Of a stretch of DNA of 64,000 nt, positions 13,129-25,573 are shown in pieces (the stretch's first letter is position 1; each line of letters opens with the position of its first letter). The translations under genes and the position numbers were made by a program. Under the pieces are notes generated by a model. The model was not told where the DNA came from and searched no databases. It saw only the letters and a program-made list of their open reading frames with translations. This DNA comes from Camelus dromedarius (taxonomy: Eukaryota): NCBI RefSeq assembly GCF_036321535.1, contig NC_087472.1, forward strand, positions 102,860,001 through 102,924,000, read 5' to 3'.

Positions 13129-13541
13129 CTGTCTGCCGAGAGAGCAGTGAGTGTGAAGACAGACACCCCCACCGAGGTAAGCTGTATAAAGGGGATCAGT
13201 TTGCAGCCAATCCTGCCAAACAGCCATCTGTCAGCCAGGTACCTGCTGGCATCCACGGGGGCACAGGTGACCAGGAGGAGCAGGTCTCCCAAAGCCAGGC
13301 TGGAGATGAACAGGTTCGGCACATTTCTCATGGACTTCACGGTACAGAAGATCTTGATCAGGGTGATGTTGCCAACGAGGCCTATCAGAATGATGACCCC
13401 ATAAATTGCAGGGATGACATAGAGGACCCCTGGGTGGAACCAGTCGTCCTTCATAGGGAGATCCACAGTGTGATTAGAGATATTGCAGTGCACGAAATGG
13501 TCCACTTCCAAGTTCAGAAGCACACAGTCATTTAGAGCCAT
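13129..13541 (-). CDS. GRPR: Gastrin-releasing peptide receptor (bombesin BB2 receptor), coding exon 1: N-terminus to TM3
   Basis: Translation [22 protein letters not shown]...GNITLIKIF...LALGDLLLL...[26 protein letters not shown] is near-identical to human GRPR as recalled. Class A GPCR motifs GN (TM1), LAxxD (TM2) and the TM3 Cys are present. The 413-nt coding exon ends at AG|GTAAGT within the DRY codons. Confidence 0.97.
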
Positions 13542-13900
13542 CCTCTAGATTCTCTGCCACCTGAAAAATGCCCTTAGATGCTGTTTCTTAACTTCTGATT
13601 TTGCAGTTGAGTGAAGATGAGGGTGAAAATTTATGCTGGGTTCTTTATCTTCTTTCATAAAAAATACTCTGAGTACACAGATACTGTGGCATTCAAAACT
13701 GTCACTATTTTGATGCTGGTGCTGCTCTGGTCTTCACATGACCAATGCAATACATCTCTAAATTCAATAAGTTAACAACAGAACAGCAACAAAAATTCAA
13801 CCCCAAAAGGGCTTAGAATCGAACCTACTCTGTATCAACTCTACCTCCATTCTAGTCTGAGTCTCCCTGGCTGCAGTTTACTAAGAACTTTTGGCCTGCT
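13542..13900 (-). other. GRPR: GRPR 5' UTR (TSS approximate)
   Basis: Non-repeat sequence between the TTTAAA element and the ATG; resembles the human GRPR mRNA leader as recalled (GGCCAAAAGTTCTTAGTAAACTGCAGCCAGGGAGACTCAGACTAGAATGGAGG). Confidence 0.7.
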
Positions 13901-13941
13901 ATTTTCACTCGGCATTTCCCGTGATATTTAGAACCTGAAGG

Positions 13942-14011
13942 TTTAAAGTGGGTAGAAAAAACTGCACTGAGAAAGCCTCAAATGCTATAGGCAGGAATGC
14001 TTTGCACGTCA
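13942..14011 (-). promoter_or_regulatory. GRPR: GRPR core promoter: TTTAAA element (13942-13947) and CRE-like TGACGTGC (14004-14011)
   Basis: Both motifs are visible. The arrangement (TSS ~40 nt after TTTAAA, CRE ~110 nt before the TSS) fits what I recall for the human and mouse GRPR promoter. Confidence 0.75.
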
Positions 14012-15289
14012 CCAGCTTCATCAGCAAACGGCAGCTCTGCTGAGCTGAGGCTCTGAACAGGAACCAGGGCTACTTACAGACAGAGAATGCCAGCCCCCTG
14101 CTGGACACTTCAATCACTGCCTGGTTGCCAGCTCTGCCCAGATGGGAATCGGGAATCGACCAGCGACTGCAGTTCCTCCATCTACAGCTTCAGCAGATAA
14201 CTTCGGCTTCTCTTTGCAGACGCAGCACCAATGGTAGGTATTTCGCAAGTGCTGCTGCACTCTGTAAAGCACTGAAAGTCTTTCCGATACTAGGCTCTGA
14301 ATCCAGCTGGGACTCACATCCAATTTTCTCATCTTTTCTTATACATTAGAATGACATGTTACGGTTGTTATAAAATGAGGTCTGTCTCTGAATTAAATGC
14401 ACACCATGTACAGGGCATCCATGTGTGAGTGGTCCCGCTCAGCCTCCCCACTGCCTATCTGAATAGGGACTGTTACTGAGGACGAATAGGCACAGGACTC
14501 CTGCCTTAAACTTTAGCACCTGACATCTGGGAAAACCAGAAGCAGAACGCACATGTGCTCTATCCTATAGATTTGCCAAGCCATTCTCATTCCTTTTACC
14601 AGAGAGAAATAAAATCACAAGCCAGCTGTATTCCAACTCTCAAATATCAGTAGTCTTTTGCAGAAGAATGGGTATTTTCCCCCTGAATCTAAAAAGTCTG
14701 TGAATTATCACTGTAATGCAGTTATTTGTATTTTTGGATTAATGCTTGCTGTATTTTATAGCAAATTTCCTTCTGAGCTCTGAGCGGGAAATGAACTGGA
14801 AAGGAATTACTGATAGAATACTGAGGAATTGGGGAGTGGAAAGAAATAACTGAGAGTTGATAGATGCCAGGAAAGGCTTGAGCCTAGACCTTTAGCAACA
14901 ATGTATAAGGGTGAATCTTCAAGACTTAAGTGGAGCCAGCTCTTCCAGGGACATCACAAGAAGCCAGTTACTAGCAGGAATTGCCACAGAAGGTTTGGTT
15001 TTTCAGGATTCATAAGGAATAAAGAAGCTTGCACTCATCACCATGCCAGGGCCCACCAAGACAGCCTCCAAGTACGTTGTCATGGAAATTTCCAGTGGCA
15101 AGTTACAACACTGAGGTGGCCACCATGCTCCTTCCATAAATCCAAGGGTTTGTGATTCTCTCAGCCAGCAGCAGAGAGTCTGATGCTTTGTGCCTGGAGG
15201 GGAAGAGCTTCTCAGTGGAGATCAGTATCACCAGTAATGAGTCAATAACCAACCACATGCCTAGTGGCCTTGATGAGTTGCTAGCAGTA

Positions 15290-15510
15290 TAGCTTAATAG
15301 TGCAGTACATGGGCTCTGTGCTTAAGTCCTGGCTCCCTCATTCATTACCTTGTCAAGTTACTTAGGCAAGTTACTTGATGCCTTAAGCTTCAAGCTCCTC
15401 ATCTGCAAAGTGGGGATAAATTTGTGAAGTTAAATGAAATTATCCAAATTAAGACTTCGCAGTGTTTGGAACATAGTAAGTGCTCAATTAACACCGGCTG
15501 CTATTATTAA
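15290..15510 (+). mobile_element. MIR SINE
   Basis: Core GGCAAGTTACTT...CTCATCTGCAAAGTGGGGATAA...ACATAGTAAGTGCTCAAT. Confidence 0.7.
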
Positions 15511-17487
15511 CTATTATTATTGTTGTGATTGAAAGAGATTATTTTTGTGATTTTGCTTTGAAGAAGCCCAATAATGTCACAAGAACAATTGACCTCAGAT
15601 CAATAGGCAAAAGGTCCTATCGTACAGGTGAATCAGCAAGTCCTCCATTTACTTGAAAGACATTTATTGAACATCTGCCAGTTTCCAGGCACTGTGCAAG
15701 AGCCTGAGAAAAAGAACATGTTATTATAAGGCCTGCCATGATCCCAGCTACGCAAGCTCAGAGTCAGAGGACCTGGTGTCAAATAATGCAAGAAGGGTTT
15801 TCACGTAGATTCTGCAAATGCTTTTCTGTTTGTTCTATACTGGCTTTGTAATTCTGCTTCTTGAACTTGCTGTGGTGGCTTTTTTCTCTGATCATTTACC
15901 TTTCTGCCTTTCAGTGACAATGACTGCTTCTGGCATTGTTTTTGTCATCATTACTGAAGGGACAGCCTTGTATGAATTATATCAAAACTCAGAGAAATCC
16001 ACCACTCTTGGACTAGAAGAATTAGCAAGGCATTGAACTGCCCAGGGTAGTCCTGAGGATTTTGAAACAGAGGCAGCAATAGCCAGAACCTGGCTATAAT
16101 AGTATATTACACCCGGATGTCTTTGCGCCTTTTAACCTTCTGAAAGTTCCTTGAGGATTGTTTAAATAGAAATAAACTCTGGCTTCTGAAAAAAGAAAAA
16201 AGAGTCGCAGCAATTTAGACTCCAGCCCTTCCCCAGAATAAAGTAACTAACTTTTCTCCAGCGAAGGTGATGTTTGATCTTAAAATTTAAGTGTCTGGCA
16301 GAACCCTCTGAACAGAGAAAATAGTATGCACCCAGGATGGGACATAAAGGAAAGCACATGGCATTGAGCAGGGGACAGTGACAAGTCCAGAAAGACCATT
16401 CAGATTGGAAGAGAGGGGGTGGGGAAAGAGCAGTGTGAAATGCAGCCTGAGGCAGGTTTGGATGGGACTGTGTTGGATCTTGTATTCTTGTTAAGAAGTT
16501 TGGTTTAGAGGGCATATTTTTAGCTCACAAAGAGGACTCCCGGATACTGTTTCCCTTTATTTCTTTAGACATCATGCGCTGAATCAGCCTCACCTCTTAA
16601 ATCCAACCAGCCCGTTAGTGTTTCTTCCCATGTAAGTTACACTGAGTTACGCTGATACTGATAGTCATGATTTCTCAAGGCTGGTGTTAGTGTTATGTGT
16701 TCCGCAACACTACAGACTGTTCCGATGGTGTTTTAGGAATGAAGATATATTCAGGTTCAACACCTAATATTTTCTGGGAGCAAAGATGTTTTAAAGCTAA
16801 TTAAAGAATTTTGATGTCAATTCAACTAATTAGCAATAATGACCCTTTCCATCCCTACCATTATGTGTCACCTTCCGGCAGATGACCAAAATACTTAGAC
16901 ATTTGCTTAGCTTTTTATTTAATGGTGAGCGTGAGATGCATTCAACTTATAAAAATAACATAGAACAAACATAATACAAAGTCCCCATCCTCAGGGACTC
17001 TAGTTTTCAAATAGAATTGGAGTGTGACTCAGCATCCTTTCTTATGTGTCAGGGCAGGAATGTCATTTCTATTTCAGTCAAGAGAGTCACATTTTCCATT
17101 CTTCCAGAAAATTAGATTTTTAAAAATTTGGGGTTGGAGCACAGTGACTTGGTAGAATTTGGGAGGATGGGTGGACTTGACAGGACCAAAGAGAGTGGAG
17201 GCAGAGGCTCCTCCCACCGGCTGTGTGCATGGCACCGTGTCCTCCAGCAGCTGGCATTCTTGGTAGACTGACAACGAACACATACAGAAAAGATAAATGA
17301 ATTATAGAGTGGGTAGAATTTGTAGGTGGTACCAGAGTAAAGAGAAGGGGATGCTTTGGATCTGTTTGAGAGACAGTCTGTCTGCAACAAAGCTCTAGAG
17401 GGGAGTAATAAGTGAGGAAAAAGGAGACTGTATCTGCTGGGGAAGATTTTACATTTAAGATTTTTGGTTGAACTTTAGCCTATAAAA

Positions 17488-17940
17488 CACTGGTTCTTCA
17501 AAAACTCATCAAGATTGCCTGGAATGCTTCTTAAAAATACGATTTTTGAGGCCCTACTCCAGACCTGCTGAATCAGCTCCAGGGATGGAACCTAAGAATC
17601 GAGATTTTTCATGAGGTCCCAAAGCGATTCCATCGCTCTGCTATGCTGGGGACCCATGATGCAGGCAGTGTGCGACCCAGAGGTCATGGCAACATTACAG
17701 TCCTTGTGCCTTCCCTTCCTCAGAGGGAGAGAGTGAGCAAGGAAGCACATTTAGGAGACTGCTGCTATGGACCCTTGATACCCAGAGTATGGTCCTTGAG
17801 CCAGCAGTTTGGGTATCACCATAGAGTTTGTTAGAAATGCAAGAACTCAAGCACCACTCCAGACCTTCTGAATCATAATCTGCATTTTAATAAGATTCCC
17901 AGGGATTCACATGCACATTAAAGTCTGAGAAGTGCTGATG
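17488..17940. mobile_element. Two MER5-like hAT MITEs (~17488-17640 and ~17760-17940)
   Basis: CCAGACCTGCTGAATCAG; TTGTTAGAAATGCA...AATCTGCATTTTAATAAGATTCCCAG...GTCTGAGAAGTGCTG. Confidence 0.7.
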
Positions 17941-18906
17941 TAGGTGTTAGGGAGCTCTGGCAGAAAAGGTTAAGAAACCAGGGCAGGAACTGGGAACAGA
18001 TAGGAAACTGGAATCTCAAGTTTAGAATGAAACGAGCAACTGGACCAACTAGAAGCTGAAAGAAGAATCCCTGAATTGGGCTTTTTGATAGCCCTGATAA
18101 TGGCTGGGAATTGTCCCAGACTACATGGTCAATAAGTCGTTTTCACCCCAAGAGAGGGGCAAGAATTCCATTACAAATGTAGGGAATACAGGCAATGGAG
18201 AAGCCCAAGATGGTGATTTTAAAAAAAATTTTTATTTTTATTTTTATTATTTTTTTTTAGGTTCGTGACTCAGAGAATAAACTGCAAGAACAAGAGGGAA
18301 GCCACTTTGGAGGGAAACGCAGAAGCTGGTTTCAGGCATACTGAGTTCATTATATGAACAAGGGAAAGGAAGGAAGTTAACACAAATGAGAGCTGAAGTC
18401 TGAAGGCAGAGAGGTAAATAATTAAGAGGACTGGCTGAAAACCAGGACGCTGAATTATGATAGTTTAAATGTATAGAGAAATCGCCAAGAATCAAGTGAA
18501 GTCAGGCTTTGAGGAAAAGGTCATGTGCTGAAAGTCAGTGGGTACTGAACATGACTTCAGTATGATATCTGTGGCAGCCCCATGGAGAAGCTGCTGAAAA
18601 GATTGCAGCAACCCTTGCCTGAGAAGAGTCAGAGATATCAAATTTTAGTGCAGCAGCAGGAACAAAAGAGACAGATGACTCTATCCAGATCCTGTGATGC
18701 TGGGATCGTTTCAAGTTCCCTTCTATTTTCTTAACATTCTGTGACTTTTCATGGGGCTTGGAAACTTAGGAGAGATGGGGGAGTCTTCTGAAAGAGGGAG
18801 TTAAGCTTCATTTTGAGCCACACAGAACTGCCGCAGGACAGGCCCAGGGAAGGCCTCAAGTGGAAGGCCAGCCTCTCAGTCAGACCCAAGGCTGAAAGAA
18901 TACCCC

Positions 18907-19432
18907 GTATGGTGGTTTTCAAAGATTCCACCAGTTCTTGGTTCTCTTTCCTTCAACAGGTGATGGTTAATTTCCCTCCCCTTGGATGTGAGCTGCACTT
19001 AGAGAACAGCTTCTAACAAACAGAATGAGGCAGCAGTGATAGGGTGTAACCCTCAAGGGCAGATGACAAAGGACATGGCAGCTCCCTCTGTGCACTGTCT
19101 CTTAGATTACTTGCTCTGAAGGAAGTCAGCCACCATGTCATGAGGACACTCAAGTGACCTAGGACAGGTCCACAGGCTGAGGAACTGAGGCCTCCTGTCC
19201 ACAGCTATGGGAGTAAGTCATTTTGGAAACGGATCCTCCAGCCTCAGTCAAGCTTTCAAGTGACTGCAGCCCCAGCCAATGTCTTGACTACAATCTAGAG
19301 AGATAATCTAAGCCAGAACTACCAGTCAAAACACTCTCAAATTCCTGACCACAGAGACTGTGAGTTAATAACTGCCTTTGGTTTTAATCCACTGCTTTCT
19401 GGTAATTTGTTATGCAGCAATAGATGACACTT
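18907..19432 (+). mobile_element. MaLR LTR (MLT1F-like)
   Basis: GCCACCATGTCATGAGGACACTCAAG...GAGGAACTGAGGCCTCCTG; ends GGTAATTTGTTATGCAGCAATAGAT. Confidence 0.8.
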
Positions 19433-20089
19433 GGTAAGTAGAATGGATGGAGAGGGAATGGGAAAAGAAAAACACCAAAAAGACAAAATAAAACATAAAA
19501 GAAATACCAGAAAAGGCAAGTGCTATAAACCTGGGTTGAACCTTGCTTGAGTGGTTAGACAGAGTGTGAAGGAAAGGTTTGTTAAATCTTGAAAAGTTAT
19601 AGAGACAGAAATCCATTTGTTATTCAGTAACAACAAAGTTCTTTTTATCTGGATAAAATATATGTATTTTAAAAATATTATAAATGAGCTGAACTTTCTT
19701 GCCCAGCCACCTTATACCTGGAAATTAGACAATTCATATCCTATTTTCCCATCTGTTCAGTGAGCTTGGGCAAGTCAAATTAATTCAGTGAACATTATTG
19801 GCCACTGAACTGTTCTGTGCCATGGATTCCCCCTCCATAAAATACAGGGGCCATTTCCCCTTGGCCTATGCTTCAGGACGACTTGAGGCATTAGTACCAC
19901 CCAGTAGCACCTAAGGCAACAGAAATTGGCACCTTCCCTCTGACCTCAGCCATCTCTCTTTCCAGCTCTTCTTCTCTCCTAGGAGAATCGGATCAGTGAG
20001 GCCCTTGAGCCCCTGAAACACATCCCTGTATTATGTCTACCTCTGCTAATAGATGTCTGACAAGACAACATGTTGCTGGGATGAATTCC

Positions 20090-20550
20090 TTTTTAAACAT
20101 TTTATTTTGAAATAAGTTTAGGTTTACAGAAAAGTTGCAACCACGGTACAAAGAGTTCCCATATACCCCTCTCCCAGCTTCCTCTATTGTTAGCATCTAC
20201 AAAACTAAGAAATTAGCATGCGCACAATACTATTATCTAAACTATAGACTTTATTCAGATTTCACCAGTTTTTCTACTACTGTCATTTTCTGTTCCAGGA
20301 TCCAATCCAAGATCCCACACTGCACTGAAGCATCACGATTCCTTAGTTTCCTCTTATCTGTGCCAGTTTCTCAGACTTTCCTGTTTTCCCTGTTTTGATA
20401 CTTTTGAAGAATACTGGTCAGGAATTTTGTAGAATATCCCTCCATTTGGGTTTGTCTGCTACCTTTCCATTATGAGACAGGGGATGTGGATTTGGGGGAG
20501 AAAAACCACAGAGGTGAGGTGCTTGTCTCATCACATCATAGCAGGGGGTA
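20090..20550 (-). mobile_element. Old L1 3' end
   Basis: TTTTATTTTGAAATAAGTTTAGGTTTACAGAAAAGTTGCAA...CTGTTCCAGGATCCAATCCAAGAT. Confidence 0.75.
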
Positions 20551-21260
20551 TGTTGGCTTTTATTTTATATCCAGCCAGCTTTATGGGACAAAAAAACCTG
20601 GGATTCACCTCCAGACTCTGAGTGCTCGTGTAACTAAAGTGCATCTCCACTCCTCACATTTCACCCTTTCTCTTTGGCCTGTGAAATAATACACCATGTT
20701 CTGAAAGAAGGATGCTAGGAAACAGGATTACCCACAGATTTTTCTCTAGATGCCACTATAGCACTTCAAACTTAGAGTGGTTCCGTGGGAACTCTCACCC
20801 AATATAAAAACTGTTATTTTTACTGCTTGAAGGAGGCTCACCTTAAATTAACTTTAAGTCATGTCTGAACTATATATCCCATACCAGGTTCTTCAAGTCA
20901 AACACTCTTGAAATGGAACAACTGAGAAATACACAGGGAATTTATCATTCACTTACTGCAGAATTCAAGCTTCCCTTGGCCTTATCACAATATCACATTG
21001 CTTATTTAGCTGCTTGCCTTTGGTAAAGTCACTTTTAAACTCTCTATGCTTATACTTTTCTTCATATATAAAAGGGATTTACATGGCATTAAGGTTTTTC
21101 ATCTTTGTCTCTCAGAATTGTTGTGAGATTCAAATGAGGCAACAAATATGAAGACATTTAAAAGGTATAGATTCCTAGACAATTCTAGGTTACTGTGTAT
21201 ATTGTTAACTTTTGAGGTGTGATAATGATATTGTAGCTATATTTTTAAAAGCCCTATCCT

Positions 21261-21828
21261 TACATGTACCCCAATGTTCATAGCAGCACTATTTACAATA
21301 GACAAGAAATGGAAGCAACCTAAGTGTCCATCAGCAGATGACTGGATAAAGAAGATGGGATACATATATATAATGGAACACTACTCAGCCATTAAAAAGA
21401 ATGAAATTTTCCATTTGTAGCAACATGGATGGACTTGGAGAGTATTATGCTAAATGAAATAAGTCAGAGATAGACAAATACTGTAATTTTAAAAATGATA
21501 TCACTTATATGTGGAATCTAAAAAATAAAACAAACTAGTAAATATAACAAAAAAGAAAAAGAATCACAGATACAGAGAACAAACAAGTAGTTATCAGTGG
21601 AGAGAGGGAAGGGGAGGGGCAATATAGGGGTAGGGGATTAAGAGGTACAAACTATTATGTATAAAATAAGCTACAAGAATATATTGTACAACACAGGGAA
21701 TATAGCCAATATTTTATAATAACTATAAATGGAATGTAACCTTTAAAAATTGTGAACCACTATATTGTACTCTTCTAACTTACACAATATTGTATATCAA
21801 CTATACCTTCAATTTTTTAAAAAAAAAG
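21261..21828 (+). mobile_element. L1 3' end, followed by a MER58-like MITE (~21845-22025), both within an L1ME-like fragment
   Basis: ACATGTACCCCAATGTTCATAGCAGCAC...TATATCAACTATACCTTCAAT plus an A tail. Confidence 0.85.
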
Positions 21829-22985
21829 TCCTTATCTTTTAGATAGGGATAGCCAACTTTTTTCTTAAAGGGCCAAATAGGAAATATTTTAGGGTTTGTG
21901 GACCATAGGGTCCTTGGAAAAGCAGCCAATATCAAATAGGTAAAGGAATGAGCATGGCTGTGTTCCAATAAACTTTATTTATAAAACAGGAGGTTGATCC
22001 ATGGGCCAGAGTTTGTCAACCTCGGTTTCGTAGAAACTTACTGAAATACATATGGGTGAAATGATATGATAGCCAGGATTTGCCTCCAAATCACGTGGAA
22101 AGTGAGTAAGGGTAAAAATAAAACAGGATTGGCCAGGTTGATAATTGTCAAAGAAAGGTGAGGGTATGTGGGGATTCATGTAATGCATCTGTCTATTTTG
22201 TATATGTTTTAAATTCTCCACTATTTTTAATAGTATCAAAATGGTGATTTATTATTAACATGATAAGTAAATGCCAAACAACTAACTACGCACGTATCTT
22301 TGAGACCTCGACTGGATGGCGTAGAGTGGAGCTTCCTGGAGGGTTGGCAGCATCCCTCTGGCCATTCAGATATGCGTTTTCTCTATTCCACATCAATCTG
22401 GAGACCCCAAACTGAAGTGCCATGGAGTGCAAATGATTTTGGGATGGGACTGATTTCAGAGTGGCTGTTGGATTGTCAGCCTAGGAAAATGTCTCTTAGA
22501 TGCAGTGGAGAAATGGATTGATTTGCTTTTTACTACCCTCTCTCCCTCTTATCCCTCTTCATGACCACCTTAGTGTATTTTTAATTCTGCTTGTGTCCTA
22601 CTAAGTCAAAAACATGAGATCAATTTTTAGTCCAAATTCCTTTTTAAGCCTAGGTGTGCTAACCAAGACTCTATCACAGAGTCAGAGAAACTAGAAATGG
22701 TTTTTCCTATATCCCTATTACCCTGTATGAAGTAAATAGACTTAAATGATTGTTCTAGACTCATGCAAAAATTCTAGAGAAGGCCTTATACTTCAACTAC
22801 AAGTAAACACTCCACTTCCCCCTACCTGAAAGCTATTATCAGCATTCACCTTTCTATTTCTCTTAGTGAGTTTTCTCTTCCCTTTGTTTTAAATTGCCAG
22901 ATTATGAATAGTACAGGCTCTACAGGAAGGACTGAGAACAGAGGATACAATGATAGAAAGAACTGACATTGATTCCAGATGCTTT

Positions 22986-23114
22986 TTGTTTTTGTTTTTG
23001 TTTGGGGGTGGTGGGTAATTAGTTTTATTTATTTAATGGAGGTACTGGGGCTTGAACCCAGGACCTTGTGCATGCTAGGAATGTGCTCTACCACTGAGCT
23101 ATAACCTAACCCCC
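22986..23114 (-). mobile_element. tRNA-derived SINE (camelid Vic-1-like)
   Basis: A box TAGCTCAGTGG, B box GGTTCAAGCC and an A-rich tail; perfect 17-bp TSD TTGATTCCAGATGCTTT at 22969-22985 and 23115-23131. Confidence 0.9.
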
Positions 23115-25199
23115 TTGATTCCAGATGCTTTAAGCGTGTTCCCTCGTGGAGTCCTTACAACCATCCTATGATATAGGACTATTTACATCCTTTTTACAGA
23201 TGAGGAAAGAGGTATAGGGAGGGGAAGCAACTGGCCTGAATTTACACAGTTAATTAGTGTGTTCTGGTAAATGGGTGCTTAACCCCTGAACCACACGCCT
23301 CTCAGTAGATAAAGGGTAGAAGTGGAGAGTCATACCTCAGTGTTCTCCTGGGAGGTGAAATGGACAAATAGGAAAGAGGGGAAAAGCATGCTGAAACACA
23401 AGGAAGTAGAAACTAGGGATAATTAGGGGGCTGAAAAACTAGTGGGAAAAAACCATGGAGAGTCCAGCAGCTGTGGTTTCTATTTCTTCCTCGGCAACAG
23501 TGTCCTGTGTTTTTTGTTTTTCTGTCTTTTAGGTTTTTGCCTCTAGGGAAATAAACAGGATGCTCAGTTCCTGTCTCATGTCTACAGTCACATTTCTTTA
23601 ATATCAAAGTGATTTAAGATGTACAGTAGAGAGAAGAAGAAACTCACTGGTTCCCAATAGCGACAGGACCTCAACTGTGCTTCCTCTTTCAATAAACAAG
23701 ATGAAACATCCTCATGGAAACACGAAGCAAATTACGCACCATTTTGCTGAAAACACTGCTAGGCTTCAGGGTGACTTAACAGTGAACACGCCCCCATTTC
23801 TAATCTCCTGGCAGAGGCTACTCGTAGACTCAGAGCAAGGCTTGTTACCTCGCTTTCCATTCCCCTCTCACACACCCTACTCCCTGTCCTAATTCTACTT
23901 CCGCACCCCTTTGCCAACAGGGAGGACACCACTTTCAAAATGAACAGTTTTGACTGTTCTGCTGGGATTAGAAAGACCTCACTCTAGTCATTCAAAAACA
24001 TCCATTCCTCTTCCTTCATTTGTAAATTCTCCTTTTGATGATTTGATTGACAATAGTCTTGCTCTTTGGGTTTCATACTACTGGAGTAGTACAAAACTGG
24101 AGTCTGTTCCCCAAGCACATTCTCTTTCTTTAATCAAAGGCTTAAAGTGTGGTAACCTTGCCTTCTCCCCCTGCCAACACCAATCCCACACTGGGAGGAT
24201 GACTTAAGGGGACACCTCATTATGTCTATAGCAAAGACAGCCTGGTTGCTAGGCATCCAAAAAATAAAAGAATAGAAAGTTAATAACTCCGAGCAGGTTA
24301 TAACAAACAATGATGTTTATACACTCCTGAAGCATTTTGTTTGAGATTCAGTGACTTCAAATGGTCAGGGAAACAGAACTCAATTAACAATTTTTAAAAA
24401 CCTTCAATTAAAAAAAGTGTTGAATTGAAAACAATCAGATCAGAAAAAGAGTGAGGAGAAACATTTGTTACTAGGCAATTCAGAAGCATCACAAACTGTG
24501 CTCTGGAAGAAAAATGCTTTTTACCCTTTCTCAGAAACGAGCATATACAAAAAGCAGGGCTGAAGTTTTCCCTTAGATTTAGCTGCTGCTGGGCCTAACC
24601 TAGACCCAATTGCCCCTTAAATTCTCACTCCAAGGTCCGGGTCCTTTCAAGAGTATCTGTATGTGGGAACATGTACAGGTGGGGATGGAGGATTACAACC
24701 AGCATCTGCTGAGTGTTCACCATGTGCCAGGCACTATTCTAAGTGCTTTCTTCTCTTTGGATTTTCAACCCTATTAGGTAGGTACTAGTATTATTCCCAT
24801 TTTATAGATGAGGAAACCAAGGTGCAAAGAGATTTCATAGTTCACCCAAGATCACACAATTAGTCAAGGCAAAAGCCAGATTTCAAATTCAGGTAATCCA
24901 TGTTCTTAATACCATTCTCATGCCATAGGATTTCTGAATTAAAATTCTTGCCATCTAGAATCAAATATATTTTATATTTCAAATAAAATCCCCTCACCTT
25001 CCTAGCTGAGAAAACAGAGACCCAAAAAAGTTAAGAGACTATCACAGTAAACTAAAGTTGCATGGGGGTCAGAAACCGGGCCTCCTGGAAGCTTACCGAC
25101 TTCACTCCTTCCACCTCCCATCCACGGTGCTCTCCTAGGAGACAGCTCATTAGAGGAATCATGGTATCCACAGACATGCACTTCTCAGATCTTCCTGCA

Positions 25200-25573
25200 A
25201 AACAAAATGTGTTGTTCAGCTACAAGGAATACAGTTAGCTAAGAAAGTCCAGTTGTTAAGTGCCTTCAGGATCCACCTTAACTTTTGAGCTGAGGCCATG
25301 CTCTTCTTAGCAGTTCCAGCCAAAGATCCAGCATGGCAGGAACACTAGGACCTGGTCATTTCTGCCCAATAGGGGATGCTTTTAATGGGCGATCTTTGCC
25401 CCAGAGCTTCCCATGGGGTTGGTGGAGACTTTGTCAGAGCTGCATGGTGGTCTGAGTCTCTCTCTAGCCAACGCTGCTTCCTTCCCCTTGTAACTTTCAC
25501 AGGTATTACCTCCCCAGCACATCTCTTCCTCATTTAATCATGGTCTGATTTCTGGGGAAGACCTATCTAGAAC
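25200..25573 (+). mobile_element. Old ERVL-class LTR (LTR16-like)
   Basis: CCTGGTCATTTCTGCCCAAT...TAATGGGCGATCTTTGC...GAGACTTTGTCAGAGCTGCA; ends GAACA. Confidence 0.55.

Noticed and set aside
12996..13535. 179-aa plus-strand ORF antisense to GRPR exon 1
   Set aside because: Shadow ORF of the coding strand; no recognisable protein features.
15238..17031. AP-1 consensus sites (TGAGTCA at 15238, TGACTCA at 17025) upstream of GRPR
   Set aside because: 7-mers occur by chance at about this frequency; no supporting evidence.
22986..23114. Possible tRNA gene
   Set aside because: TSD, A-rich tail and degenerate stems show it is a SINE.
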